DNA of 64,000 nt from an uncultured Candidatus Saccharibacteria bacterium (GTDB lineage Bacteria > Patescibacteriota > UBA1384 > CAYGGE01), in NCBI GenBank assembly GCA_964349485.1, contig CAYGGE010000001.1:69204-133203 (forward strand). The letters are read 5' to 3'. The notes under the pieces were generated by a model. That model did not search any database. It was not told the DNA's origin and saw only the letters and a program-made list of their open reading frames with translations. Below are positions 27,275-36,992 of this stretch, piece by piece (within the stretch, counting starts at the first letter, position 1; each line of letters begins with the position of its first letter). The position numbers were made by a program, and so were the translations under genes.

Positions 27275-28948
27275 CTAATCTTTAATAAGATGCTGGAGGC
27301 TGTACTGTAGGGAAACGGCAACTTTTTTGCCTGGGTTGAAGATATTATTCGGATCAAATATCGCTTTAGTAGTCGCGAACAGACTGACCATCTCTGGGCC
27401 AAACATGGCGGTTAAGTAAGGAGTACGGATTAAGCCATCATTATGCTCGCCGCTCATGGAACCGCCATACTGAAAGACTAGATCGAAGACTTTTTTTGAT
27501 ACTTCAGGGATAATTGCCGTGATCTTTGTGTCGTGCATATTGAGCAGTGGAATAATATGAAAATTGCCGTCACCGATATGCCCCGCTAATGTGTACTCGA
27601 TGGCGTAGTGGCTCATTATCTCTTTAAGTTTAGGCAAAAATTTTGGTAGCTTTGCTGGCGCGACCGTAATATCGTCAATAAACGGAGCGGCGTGCTTATC
27701 GGGGCTGTGATGTCGCAAGAGATTGAAACTTTCTCGTCTGACCACCCAGTACTTCTTCTCCTCGATCTTCGTCTTGGTAACCAAGGTTTTTTCTGAGTAC
27801 GCCTTAATTGCCGTTTCCGCGACTAAAGCCTGCTTGGTTGCGTCACTAGCTTTATCTGAGGTGAATGAGGCGAGGAGGACTAATTTTGGCATGCCGTGAC
27901 GGAGAAAGAAAAAGGCTTCAGGCAAGAAATTAAGTGCTGTTTTTAAAGGACTCTGCCTGGCAATATGTTTTGACAGCTCTGGTAGATATTTTATAGCCAT
28001 AGTAAGAGTATGGTCATCAAAGCACTCGAAACTCTCTGGTCGATGCTCAAGTACTTTATTGATGATTGTTGCGAGCTTGTCGGTGTCGGAAAGAAATATC
28101 ACTAGTAATCGGCTATGTTTTTTAGGCCTGACGAGCTTTAGTTTCATCTTGGTGATGATGCCTAGAGTGCCTTGTGAGCCGACTAAGAGTTTGGTGAGAT
28201 CGAAGTGTGTTCCGTCCCAGACATTCCACAGATAATAGCCGGCTGAATTTTTTGAGACGGTTGGCTTGGCCTGGCAGATCGGTACGTAGTTTTCGCGAAT
28301 TAGGGCGTACATCTTACGGTAGATGTCGCCTTCGAGTCCAGGGAGTTGAAATTTGGCTGGTAGCTCCGCAACAGTCAGGGGACGAAAAGTGGCTAACGTA
28401 CCATCGGCCAAGACAACCTCCAACTCCTCGACATAGCGCTCTGCCTTGCCGTAGGACAACGATTTTTCCCCTCCCGCATTGTCCGCGATCATGCCACCGA
28501 TCGTGCAGATATCCTTCGAAGAGGTGTAGGCGGGATAGAGGGCATCCTTCTTCTTCGCTGCCCTCTCGAGAGTTTTATACATTACGCCCGGTTGGCAGAC
28601 AACGTGACTGCTGGTAACCGATTCAATCTTGGTAAAATGCTTTTTCATGTCGAGAACGATCGACTCTGTCAACGGTCCACCGCTCATGTCGGTACCGGCA
28701 AGGCGTGGGGTTAGAGAGAGTTTTTCATCTGGATGTTCATTGATGTACTGGATCAATTTTTGAATATCAGTCGTATCTTTTGGGGCGATCACCAAAGAGG
28801 GTCGAACGGTAAAGATGCTGGCATCTCGGCTAGCTTGATCGAGGATCTTAGGAGTATCGTAAACCTCGCCGCGAATCAACTGCTGAAGCGTTTCTTTTTG
28901 CATCGTAAAACCAAGCTCAATGAGCCTGTCCCCTCTCCTTCGCTCCAT
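27275..28948 (-). CDS. FAD-linked oxidase (GlcD/D-lactate dehydrogenase-like; FAD_binding_4 plus FAD-oxidase C-terminal domain)
   Basis: RPSLVIAPKDTTDIQKLIQYINEHP...LSLTPRLAGTDMSGGPL and C-terminal GGSMSGEHNDGLIRTPYL. The track ORF extends to 29038, which would overlap the HD gene by 58 nt. Internal ATGs at 28948 and 28903 are alternative starts. Confidence 0.8.
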   Translation of the reverse strand: MERRRGDRLIELGFTMQKETLQQLIRGEVYDTPKILDQASRDASIFTVRPSLVIAPKDTTDIQKLIQYINEHPDEKLSLTPRLAGTDMSGGPLTESIVLDMKKHFTKIESVTSSHVVCQPGVMYKTLERAAKKKDALYPAYTSSKDICTIGGMIADNAGGEKSLSYGKAERYVEELEVVLADGTLATFRPLTVAELPAKFQLPGLEGDIYRKMYALIRENYVPICQAKPTVSKNSAGYYLWNVWDGTHFDLTKLLVGSQGTLGIITKMKLKLVRPKKHSRLLVIFLSDTDKLATIINKVLEHRPESFECFDDHTLTMAIKYLPELSKHIARQSPLKTALNFLPEAFFFLRHGMPKLVLLASFTSDKASDATKQALVAETAIKAYSEKTLVTKTKIEEKKYWVVRRESFNLLRHHSPDKHAAPFIDDITVAPAKLPKFLPKLKEIMSHYAIEYTLAGHIGDGNFHIIPLLNMHDTKITAIIPEVSKKVFDLVFQYGGSMSGEHNDGLIRTPYLTAMFGPEMVSLFATTKAIFDPNNIFNPGKKVAVSLQYSLQHLIKD

Positions 28949-28980
28949 TGTCTCAAATCGCCCTAGAGCAAGCAAGTCAC

Positions 28981-29574
28981 TTACTTTGACTTCTGGCGAC
29001 TCACCCACCACTCGTCCTCTTTGTCGGCGAACCACCACTCGTCGGAGTTGGTTTCCATGATTTGCTTAGCCAGCTTTTTGGCGGACTCAGTTTTGAGACG
29101 TTTGATCGCTGGTGGGAGCCAAGTTTCGGCTCGGGCATTGCCCGTGTCGACCTGCTCTTTGAGCGAGAGAATCCATTCAAGATTGTCAGCCTCTTTGGCG
29201 ATGATCGATTCTTTAGTTTTACGCTCCTCGTACTCCGCTATGATCGACTTAATTTCCTCGCCATAAGGGAATGAAGCCGCAATATCGTCAACCGCTTTTG
29301 CCTCATGGCTCTCGATATATTTTTGATGAATATAGTTGAGGTCACTGGTTCGGCCTTCAGCTAGATCGTGAAACAGGCACATTTTGATGACTTTTTCAGT
29401 GTTGACATCGCCTTCCATCCAAGCCAAAACTAAGCCACAATAGACAGTTCGATTAATATGTTCAGCCACTGACTGTTCGCCACTACCCAAGAAAAAGAAC
29501 CCGCTACGTGGGGTTTGTGACAGAATGCCAACTTCAAACAGGAAATTGACGAGCGATTTGGAATCATTTTCCAT
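28981..29574 (-). CDS. HD-domain phosphohydrolase (YfbR-like 5'-deoxynucleotidase family)
   Basis: HINRTVYCGLVLAW ... LFHDLAEGRTSDL matches the HD motif. Confidence 0.7.
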   Translation of the reverse strand: MENDSKSLVNFLFEVGILSQTPRSGFFFLGSGEQSVAEHINRTVYCGLVLAWMEGDVNTEKVIKMCLFHDLAEGRTSDLNYIHQKYIESHEAKAVDDIAASFPYGEEIKSIIAEYEERKTKESIIAKEADNLEWILSLKEQVDTGNARAETWLPPAIKRLKTESAKKLAKQIMETNSDEWWFADKEDEWWVSRQKSK

Positions 29575-29771
29575 GATTACTCCAAGGTTCTCACTATACC
29601 AACACAGGCAATTGAGAGCAACTAGACGTTGCTCCTCGGTAGTATATATGGTTTAATGATTACCTCCGGCTTTGGTCGGCGTTCTTTAGTCTTTCTGTTT
29701 GGCATTTCCAGGTTTTTCTCGATGTTCGTTACAAGGCCTGGAGTTGTCCAGGCAGAAAGGGTAGTAAGCCC

Positions 29772-31079
29772 ATGTGGCTTGAACGGGTAAAGCTTTGGTG
29801 GCGTCAAAAGTGTCGACAGGGGACATACGTCCTCGTCGTAGGGTCGTTGTTCGGCGACGAAGCCAAGGGGAAGCTCACTGATCTCCTGGCTAAATACGCC
29901 GACGTGGTGGTCCGGTGGGCCGGTGGTAACAACGCCGGCCACACGATCATTCACGGTGGATTGACCCATAAACTCCACCTCCTTCCGAGTGGTGTGTTGC
30001 ACGAGCACATCACGAACGTGATCGGCTGTGGCACGGTCATTGATCCGGTGGTACTGTGCGATGAGCTCGACGAGCTAGCTAAGCACGGCATCACCCTCGA
30101 TAGCCGTCGCTTGCTCATCAGCCGTCATGCTCACTTGATCCTGCCAACACATCGGCTTGCTGATGCGTTGGGCGATCAACAGCGAATCGGCACGACCGGT
30201 CGAGGGATTGGCAAGGCTTATGAGACCAAGGCCGGTCGCTATGGGATTCGGATGGAGGATTTGCAAAGACCCGACTGGAAGATCGAAGAAATGCTTGGTG
30301 CAGAAGTCCAACGTTTCCATGTGCTCTACCAAGAGCGTCCATCGGACGATCTCGAAGGCGATTTGGTTAAGTGGATGGAAGCAGCTAGGCGGCTAAGACC
30401 GTTCATCGCAGACACCGCAACCTTCCTAAACGACGCTCTGGCGGCCGGGAAGGTAGTCGTCGGTGAAGGCGCCCAGGGTTGGGGGATCGACCTCGATCAT
30501 GGGACGTACCCGTTCGTGACCAGCTCCTCGCCGACCGCCGGCGGGGCCTGCACTGGGACGGGCATCTCGCCTCGGAAAGTCGACCGAGTGATCGCCGTGG
30601 TCAAGGCCTACTCGACGCGAGTCGGGAAGGGGCCATTTCCCACGAAAGTTACCGATGAAGCTGGTAAGTGGATGCTCGAAAAGGGCAAAGAGCGCGGCAC
30701 GACGACCGGTCGGCCGCGGGACTGTGGTTGGGTGGACTTGGTTCTGCTCAAGTACTCGTTGATGATCAGCGGCTGGGACTGGATGTTTCTGACCAAGCTC
30801 GACGTCCTGTCGGGCCTCAAAGAACTCCGGGTCTGCGTCGCCTACCAGCTACCAGATGGCAGCCAAGTGGACCGGCTGGCCGACGTGCCGGATCTCGATG
30901 CGGTAACGCCGGTCTGGGAGACTCTCCCCGGTTGGACTGAGGACATTGGTCATATCCGCTCATTCTCGGACTTGCCGGAGGCAGCTCAGAACTATGTTGA
31001 GTATCTGGAGTGCGCGCTCGGGGTAGACGCCAAGATGATCTCGGTCGGGCCGGACCGAGATCAGACAATCTACCGCTAA
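29772..31079 (+). CDS. purA: Adenylosuccinate synthetase
   Basis: GDEAKGKLTDLLA (P-loop), VVRWAGGNNAGHTI, GTTGRGIG and TKLDVL. GC is visibly elevated. Confidence 0.9.
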   Translation: MWLERVKLWWRQKCRQGTYVLVVGSLFGDEAKGKLTDLLAKYADVVVRWAGGNNAGHTIIHGGLTHKLHLLPSGVLHEHITNVIGCGTVIDPVVLCDELDELAKHGITLDSRRLLISRHAHLILPTHRLADALGDQQRIGTTGRGIGKAYETKAGRYGIRMEDLQRPDWKIEEMLGAEVQRFHVLYQERPSDDLEGDLVKWMEAARRLRPFIADTATFLNDALAAGKVVVGEGAQGWGIDLDHGTYPFVTSSSPTAGGACTGTGISPRKVDRVIAVVKAYSTRVGKGPFPTKVTDEAGKWMLEKGKERGTTTGRPRDCGWVDLVLLKYSLMISGWDWMFLTKLDVLSGLKELRVCVAYQLPDGSQVDRLADVPDLDAVTPVWETLPGWTEDIGHIRSFSDLPEAAQNYVEYLECALGVDAKMISVGPDRDQTIYR

Positions 31080-31176
31080 GGCGGGCGGAACAGCTCAATG
31101 CAAATGTAACAGGAGGTTAAAACGGGCCGGGGCGCAGTGTGCGCTCCGGCTTTCCGTTTTCTGGTATACTGAAACT

Positions 31177-31869
31177 ATGGATATTTTTCGCGCTTTTGTT
31201 TTAGCTTTGTTTCTCCTTTTCCCGGCTCGTCTTTTGGCGCAAACAGTTGATTACTGCGTACGATTAACCAACGTTGCCGACTATCCGGATTCGGTATTTG
31301 TTTCTAGCTTACCAACCGACGTGGGAAGTGGTTTTGGAATCTTTACTGGCAATAACTGCTTGCCAGCTGCTCCTGAATTTAACCAGACAATCTATGCTAT
31401 CCCCCAGTCTGATTTCGACGAGTCACAACTTTCTGGTGATACCACAAGCTACTTGGTTGAAAACCCGGCAGTGGCCAGAGGTATACTTTCAATTAGTGCA
31501 CCGACAGATCCTGCCATTAGTCGAGTAGTCGCCAATTATTCGATCGATACCCTAACGCCAACAGCTCTCACCACAAAACTTATTGACCAAAAGTCATTTG
31601 ACGCAAATGGATCGATTATTATATCGAGCCCAATCCCATCGCCGCGACCCGCTGGCTCAAATGGATCCCAAACTGCCTCAACTAAGGGGCTCAAGTGGTT
31701 TCAGGAAAATTGGACTGTCGCCTTGCCGTTGGCGGGGAGTATTATCATCGGCCTGATCATTGTCTTAAACATCGCCAAAAAGCGGCCGACAGAAGCAGTC
31801 GTTCAGGAACCGACCGATGAAGTAGAAGTCCAGTCACCGCCACCTACTGAGCAACCACCGAGCGTATAG
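31177..31869 (+). CDS. Secreted protein with a C-terminal TM anchor, unknown function
   Basis: Signal peptide MDIFRAFVLALFLLFPARLLAQ and C-terminal hydrophobic segment AGSIIIGLIIVLNIAKKR. Confidence 0.45.
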   Translation: MDIFRAFVLALFLLFPARLLAQTVDYCVRLTNVADYPDSVFVSSLPTDVGSGFGIFTGNNCLPAAPEFNQTIYAIPQSDFDESQLSGDTTSYLVENPAVARGILSISAPTDPAISRVVANYSIDTLTPTALTTKLIDQKSFDANGSIIISSPIPSPRPAGSNGSQTASTKGLKWFQENWTVALPLAGSIIIGLIIVLNIAKKRPTEAVVQEPTDEVEVQSPPPTEQPPSV

Positions 31870-31895
31870 TCATAAGAGAGATAAGGGAGCCTCAA

Positions 31896-32177
31896 ATGAG
31901 TGAAGAACGGATCCTTGCTTTGGAAAATGAGATTAAATCCATCAAGGAGCGCAACCTAAAGGTTGAGGCCGATAAAGCATGGGAGACTAGTCTGGCCCGA
32001 ATCGCGATGATTTGTATCATTACTTACTTCATCGCGGTTTGGGTGATGGCAGTAATCGGGGTTACGAACTACTGGCTCTCAGCCTTAATCCCGACGATTG
32101 GCTTTTACCTCTCAGTTCAGTCGTTGCCCGTGGTCAAACGGTGGTGGGTGAAGCATTACGTGACGAGTAAGGAATGA
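31896..32177 (+). CDS. Small two-TM membrane protein
   Basis: 93 aa ORF with RBS AAGGGAG and two hydrophobic helices. Confidence 0.4.
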   Translation: MSEERILALENEIKSIKERNLKVEADKAWETSLARIAMICIITYFIAVWVMAVIGVTNYWLSALIPTIGFYLSVQSLPVVKRWWVKHYVTSKE

Positions 32178-32212
32178 ATAATTCTCGATGAAATAATATT
32201 AATCAAATAGTC

Positions 32213-32737
32213 GTGGCCTCTAACAACCCGGTAAAAATTGAAGCGGCACGGCAAGCTTTTTCTAGGGTGTGGCCTGAGACAGAGTGGCAATTGGAGGGTT
32301 TGACGGTATGGTCGGGCGTGCCTGACCAGCCCATGTCAGATGAGGAAACTCTGATCGGTGCCACCAATCGTGCCAATGCTGTAAAACTAGCCAGACCACT
32401 CGCCGCCTATTGGGTTGGAATTGAGGGCGGGCTTCAGGATCGGGGCGATGAACTGGAGGCCTTTGCTTGGGCAGTTGTCATCGGAGCTGATCGAGTGGGT
32501 AAGGGAAAGACAGGCAGTATATTTCTGCCACCCGAGGCCGCCAAACTTATTCGAGATGGCAACGAGCTAGCGACGGCAACCGACATTATCTTTAAAACAA
32601 CCAACGCCCGTCACTCCATCGGAGCCGTGGGGGCGTTGACCCGAGGACACATCGATCGCACTACTTTCAACGCGCAAGCAGTCTTGCTGGCCTTATTGCC
32701 ATTTATGAATCCAGAACTCTACAAAGAAGAGACTTAA
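32213..32737 (+). CDS. Inosine/xanthosine triphosphatase (YjjX/NTPase_I-T family)
   Basis: N-terminus ASNNPVKIEAARQAF resembles YjjX (TTNPAKI..). Size is 174 aa. Confidence 0.6.
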   Translation: MASNNPVKIEAARQAFSRVWPETEWQLEGLTVWSGVPDQPMSDEETLIGATNRANAVKLARPLAAYWVGIEGGLQDRGDELEAFAWAVVIGADRVGKGKTGSIFLPPEAAKLIRDGNELATATDIIFKTTNARHSIGAVGALTRGHIDRTTFNAQAVLLALLPFMNPELYKEET

Positions 32738-32760
32738 GTTCCAAGTACTGAACTCGGAGC

Positions 32761-32832
32761 AGTCTCTGGTTCTCTAATTAACGACCAGACGAACCAGACA
32801 GCGAAGCGAACGAGACAACTAGAGAACCATTT
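32761..32832. repeat. Copy B of the intergenic repeat element, about 80 bp upstream of the gene at 32916
   Basis: CGACCAGACGAACCAGACAGCGAAGCGAACGAGACAACTAGAGAACC aligns with the reverse complements of copies A and C. Confidence 0.7.
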
Positions 32833-32915
32833 TTTGCATTTCTTTTTCAGGTGTCGTATAGTTAATTTAACGGTGTATTTTTATTTACAGTGAGTTTGTT
32901 CTATAAGGAGGTTAT

Positions 32916-33401
32916 ATGGCTTGGTCTGATGTTCCTCGGAGTAAGAAAGTGCTCATTTTAGGCACCAGTGTCCTGGTTCTCTCGGTTGGGTTAGCAATAA
33001 TCGGAACCGGTGGTAGCAAGACGCCAAGTGCTGATAACTCGGCCAGCAATCCACTACTTGATAGCGGACTCGATCCTGATGCGATCAATGTTCTTATCGA
33101 AACGATAACTGACGATGACAAGGTAGCGTCGGCTTTTCTCGATGCCATTGCCGATAAGAACCTTAATTGTAAAATTGACCCAACGGAGAGCGATGGATAT
33201 GCTAGTCAGACCGAAGCAGATGGCACCGCAACTATGAGTCTACCAGCTGGTTCGTATGTCTTGCGTGGGACGGACATCAGCTCAAATGCCGAAGGAACTA
33301 CAGCGATCGCCGTAGGAGCAGTTTCCGGTGCAAGCTGTACGAAGCAAATCTCAGTCGCCAATACCGATCCGGTGATTATCCGACTGATATCGAGCCAGTA
33401 G
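32916..33401 (+). CDS. Signal-anchored secreted protein, unknown function
   Basis: ORF track. RBS AAGGAGG. N-terminal hydrophobic segment. Confidence 0.45.
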   Translation: MAWSDVPRSKKVLILGTSVLVLSVGLAIIGTGGSKTPSADNSASNPLLDSGLDPDAINVLIETITDDDKVASAFLDAIADKNLNCKIDPTESDGYASQTEADGTATMSLPAGSYVLRGTDISSNAEGTTAIAVGAVSGASCTKQISVANTDPVIIRLISSQ

Positions 33402-33416
33402 GTCAAAATAGGAGGA

Positions 33417-34394
33417 GTGTTTTTGCCTGTACTTAAGCGATGGGTATTGCTACTGGTCACGGCTATTTTGGCACTTAGCCAACCTGTATTTGTCGTTGCC
33501 CAAACGATCGATACTTATCAAGGCGATGCAACTATCGCGATAGGCAGAATTAACCAAGTTGAAGCTCAAGCGATAGAACGGATTCGTTTTTCGGTCCTGC
33601 ATCAACCGACGGTTGGTGGTGCATCTAGCTCTGTTACGACTATTCGTTCCGATGCGATTCGCCTAATTACTGAAATTGTCAATGAATATAAGGCGCAATA
33701 CGAACTAAACTCAGTGAGTCGCTCCACGATCGATCCGCGAAGGGAAGGCATCCGTATTGCTTCGAGCCAAGTTGAGTATGCAGGCCAACAGTCAGTCATA
33801 AAAATAGAGTCGTCGATTCGTACGGTTTCAATGCAGGCCAGACAAACCAACCATGCCCTGCCACAACCCAGTGTCCTCCCGTTTTATCGTTCAATTCTGC
33901 CAGCGGGCGCGGCGACCTCGGTATTTAGCCGATATCCAGAAAAAGCTCCAGCCCTGACTGAGTCCCTGGCCAAAACTGGTCATCGACCCTTTTTACCGCT
34001 TTCGCCCAACATTGGTGGGGTGCTCTATCGACTGCAGAACCCGCAGATTAAACAGTCCCAACCCGATTTTTGGACCGCCGCTGGCGTGGCAATTGGTGGT
34101 TATCTCGGTTTACGTACGCTATTTAATCAACCAGCCAAGATTCGAGTTTCTGCCTACTCGCCGTACGATAGCCTATCGTACACCATCGGCATCACTGGCG
34201 ATCGTGAGGCGCTAAAAGAGGTAGTCGTACCAACTAAAGGTCAGGCGCCCATTGTTCAAGAACTTCGAGCCGGTCAGTATCGGGTGGTCTATCGAGCGAG
34301 TGGCAGTAACCAACAGCTGATCCATCCGTTATTAGTTGGACCGGGCGAGATTTGGTGCTTACAAGTGCCTCAACCGCCAATTCGTTGTTATTGA
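33417..34394 (+). CDS. Secreted protein, unknown function
   Basis: ORF track. Signal peptide LLLVTAILALSQPVFVVAQ. RBS AGGAGGA. Confidence 0.45.
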   Translation: MFLPVLKRWVLLLVTAILALSQPVFVVAQTIDTYQGDATIAIGRINQVEAQAIERIRFSVLHQPTVGGASSSVTTIRSDAIRLITEIVNEYKAQYELNSVSRSTIDPRREGIRIASSQVEYAGQQSVIKIESSIRTVSMQARQTNHALPQPSVLPFYRSILPAGAATSVFSRYPEKAPALTESLAKTGHRPFLPLSPNIGGVLYRLQNPQIKQSQPDFWTAAGVAIGGYLGLRTLFNQPAKIRVSAYSPYDSLSYTIGITGDREALKEVVVPTKGQAPIVQELRAGQYRVVYRASGSNQQLIHPLLVGPGEIWCLQVPQPPIRCY

Positions 34395-34405
34395 GAGAGG
34401 GAATT

Positions 34406-36982
34406 ATGAATTTCATTCCAAAACTGCTGACTAGAATTGCCACCCTACTCATAGCCGTGACTTTGGCTTTCCCCGCTGCGGCCACTGCTCAGTTCGTGGC
34501 GAAAGGCGAAGTAGCCTCTTTGGGCAATACGGCGCAACAACAGGATCTGCAACGGGTGCTCGATACTCTAGCGAAGAAAAATGATACGGCCCGAAAGAAA
34601 GTTCTGGTAGTATTGAGCCAGCTCGACAGTAAAAGTATCGGCGCAAGTAACACTAAGCGCCAAGTCGAAGGAACGGTTGGCCTCTTAAAGTCTGAGTTCA
34701 ACAAGGTGTTGGCTGACTACGCCAGACAGACACCACCAACTACGTCTCTGCGGGAAGCATACCGGGTTGCTCAGACCTATCTTAACGATATCCGTAGCTT
34801 AACGGACGTTGCAGTAACGACAAGCGAGATCGATAAAAAGCTCGACCCCTCGGCGCCGACTGGTAAGTACCTGGAGCATCAGAAGAACATACAGGTTCTA
34901 GTCACAAAAGCCCTCACCAAAGCCGATGCCCGACTGGCTGATCGGGGCAAGAAAGAGACGGTTCGACGTGACCTTGAGCAGATTGTAGCGGACACCCAGC
35001 GTCACATTAATTCTAGCACGGCAAGCTACATGTTAGAGAATGCTGAACTATTGGAATCGGCGCTCAAGAGAGTTAACACTAAAGTGCTCGAGGGATTTTC
35101 GACCGAGATGGAAGCTCGGTTCAAAACCGCCAACAGCCGTAGCGCTGACAAAGAGAACGATTTGAATGCCGAAGAAGAGGAGATATTTCAAATAGTTAAA
35201 AAAGAGATGAGCGATGTGATTGATCGTTCAATCAGCACGATCGATTCATTGGTCAAACAAGTACTTACTGCCAACTTACCAACGTCCAGCCAGGAGCCTG
35301 GTGTTAATCCGCTCCTTGAAGCGAAGTTTAAAACCCAGAAACAATTGGCCGATATCCTCAAGACCTCGCTAGACCGAGTCAGAAAAATTAATGCCAGGGC
35401 TAATCAGAACAATGAATACTCATCCTTGCTGAAGGAGGTGATCGACCGGGAGGCGACTCGCCAAAAACAAAGACTGCAGGATACCTACGCCGAATATGAG
35501 GGAAATTTTATAGCCGGTGATCCGACTCGACAACAGTATACCAAGCGCAAAAATGCGGCCCAAGACAAGGCAGAAGGTTGTACTAGTTTCTTGTGCGACA
35601 TTGGCCGTGTAATTTCAGGCGCTGGTTCAGCGTTTATTAGCGGCGCCACTGGTGGCCTAGTCAATATCCCCCCGCAAACGTTTAGTAGCGGACTGTTCGG
35701 TATTCAAAATCCGACCTATGCCGCTTCGCCGTACTCGTCGAGTTATTTCAACGGTGTCCCAAGTCTGCCAAATGTTAACGGACGTTATCTTGCTCCTGGT
35801 GCATACGGCAACCAGTCGATCATTTCTGATCCACGCTGTTTTGTGCTTGGTGAGCCTCATCGGCAATTTGTACTTATCGACTCGGTTAAAGCACAACAAA
35901 TTGGCGATCATGATTTTATCGAGGCAACATCCATACCTTCACGGGTTATCCCTGCTCCAAATCCAACAGCAGTGGTTACTGCTGTCCCCCGCTCCGACAC
36001 CAGGAACCAGAGCTTTGTCGATCAGATTCGTCAGACCATCCAGCGTGGTGCAGGCTTCCAACTCGGTGGATTCGGGATCGGCACACCGCCGTTTAACCCA
36101 AATACTAGTCTGCTTGCCTGTCCACCCGGGACACCGGGCTACTATCGCGCCGCCGGTGGAGTTCTATCGACCGGTCTAGGCAATGTCTTTGGTGGCCTAC
36201 CAGTCGGTCAATCGATCTTCGGTAGCGGTACAACCAATGACCAATTACGTCTGACTTTGAATCAAGCAAATATGACCAGTCAACTGTCTTCCGGATTTCG
36301 TATCTTGGCCGGTATTACCAAGCAAGACGGATATCGGGAAGTAGCCGATAGCTTTGGTAGCGGTGACATGACAACCGAAAAGCTGATCAGCATTACCACT
36401 AAACTTCGCGAACTGAGTTTCTACAAATTAGCCAACAATGGCGGAGATTCAATCATCAACCTCTTCTTAAACCTATGTTCGTATACGATTAGCGGCGATC
36501 AGAATATGAGAACCTTTTGTCAAGGGATTATTACGGTTAATAATATAACGGAGCCTCAATCACAGTCCGCTGTGCTTGCCCCAATCTGGTCGAGTCAGGT
36601 AGCCCATAGCTTACCACTTAGCGTTAGTCCTGAATCTCCACAACTGGTTGAAACGTCAAGGGCATTGATCCCGAGCCGTATCAATGTCGGCACGATTGTT
36701 GTGGGGGTTGATACGGTTGCTGGGGCTCAAGCCTATATCGTATCTGTCTTGAGGCAAGGTAGTAGTAATGCTTCGCCAGATATCAATAGTGTTGCAATCA
36801 GCAAGGGTGAAAAACGAACAGCAACGGTACAACCAGGAACATATAAGCTCTATTACCGTGATATCTTAGAGCCTGATTTAAGAAAGACGACTTTAGTCGC
36901 GAATATTGTAATTAAATCTGGTACGTGTCAGCTTGTTATGATCAATGGGAACAAGAACGAACAAGCCTCATCCTGCAAATAA
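34406..36982 (+). CDS. Giant secreted paralog 1 (about 858 aa). Conserved N-terminal helical half ending in the EGCTSFLCDIGRV...ISGATGGLVNIPPQTF motif, then a divergent C-terminal region.
   Basis: ORF track 34352..36982. RBS GAGAGAGGG before ATG at 34406. Signal peptide. Near-identity to the next ORF over about 420 aa. Confidence 0.55.
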   Translation: MNFIPKLLTRIATLLIAVTLAFPAAATAQFVAKGEVASLGNTAQQQDLQRVLDTLAKKNDTARKKVLVVLSQLDSKSIGASNTKRQVEGTVGLLKSEFNKVLADYARQTPPTTSLREAYRVAQTYLNDIRSLTDVAVTTSEIDKKLDPSAPTGKYLEHQKNIQVLVTKALTKADARLADRGKKETVRRDLEQIVADTQRHINSSTASYMLENAELLESALKRVNTKVLEGFSTEMEARFKTANSRSADKENDLNAEEEEIFQIVKKEMSDVIDRSISTIDSLVKQVLTANLPTSSQEPGVNPLLEAKFKTQKQLADILKTSLDRVRKINARANQNNEYSSLLKEVIDREATRQKQRLQDTYAEYEGNFIAGDPTRQQYTKRKNAAQDKAEGCTSFLCDIGRVISGAGSAFISGATGGLVNIPPQTFSSGLFGIQNPTYAASPYSSSYFNGVPSLPNVNGRYLAPGAYGNQSIISDPRCFVLGEPHRQFVLIDSVKAQQIGDHDFIEATSIPSRVIPAPNPTAVVTAVPRSDTRNQSFVDQIRQTIQRGAGFQLGGFGIGTPPFNPNTSLLACPPGTPGYYRAAGGVLSTGLGNVFGGLPVGQSIFGSGTTNDQLRLTLNQANMTSQLSSGFRILAGITKQDGYREVADSFGSGDMTTEKLISITTKLRELSFYKLANNGGDSIINLFLNLCSYTISGDQNMRTFCQGIITVNNITEPQSQSAVLAPIWSSQVAHSLPLSVSPESPQLVETSRALIPSRINVGTIVVGVDTVAGAQAYIVSVLRQGSSNASPDINSVAISKGEKRTATVQPGTYKLYYRDILEPDLRKTTLVANIVIKSGTCQLVMINGNKNEQASSCK

Positions 36983-36992
36983 ACTGAGCCAT

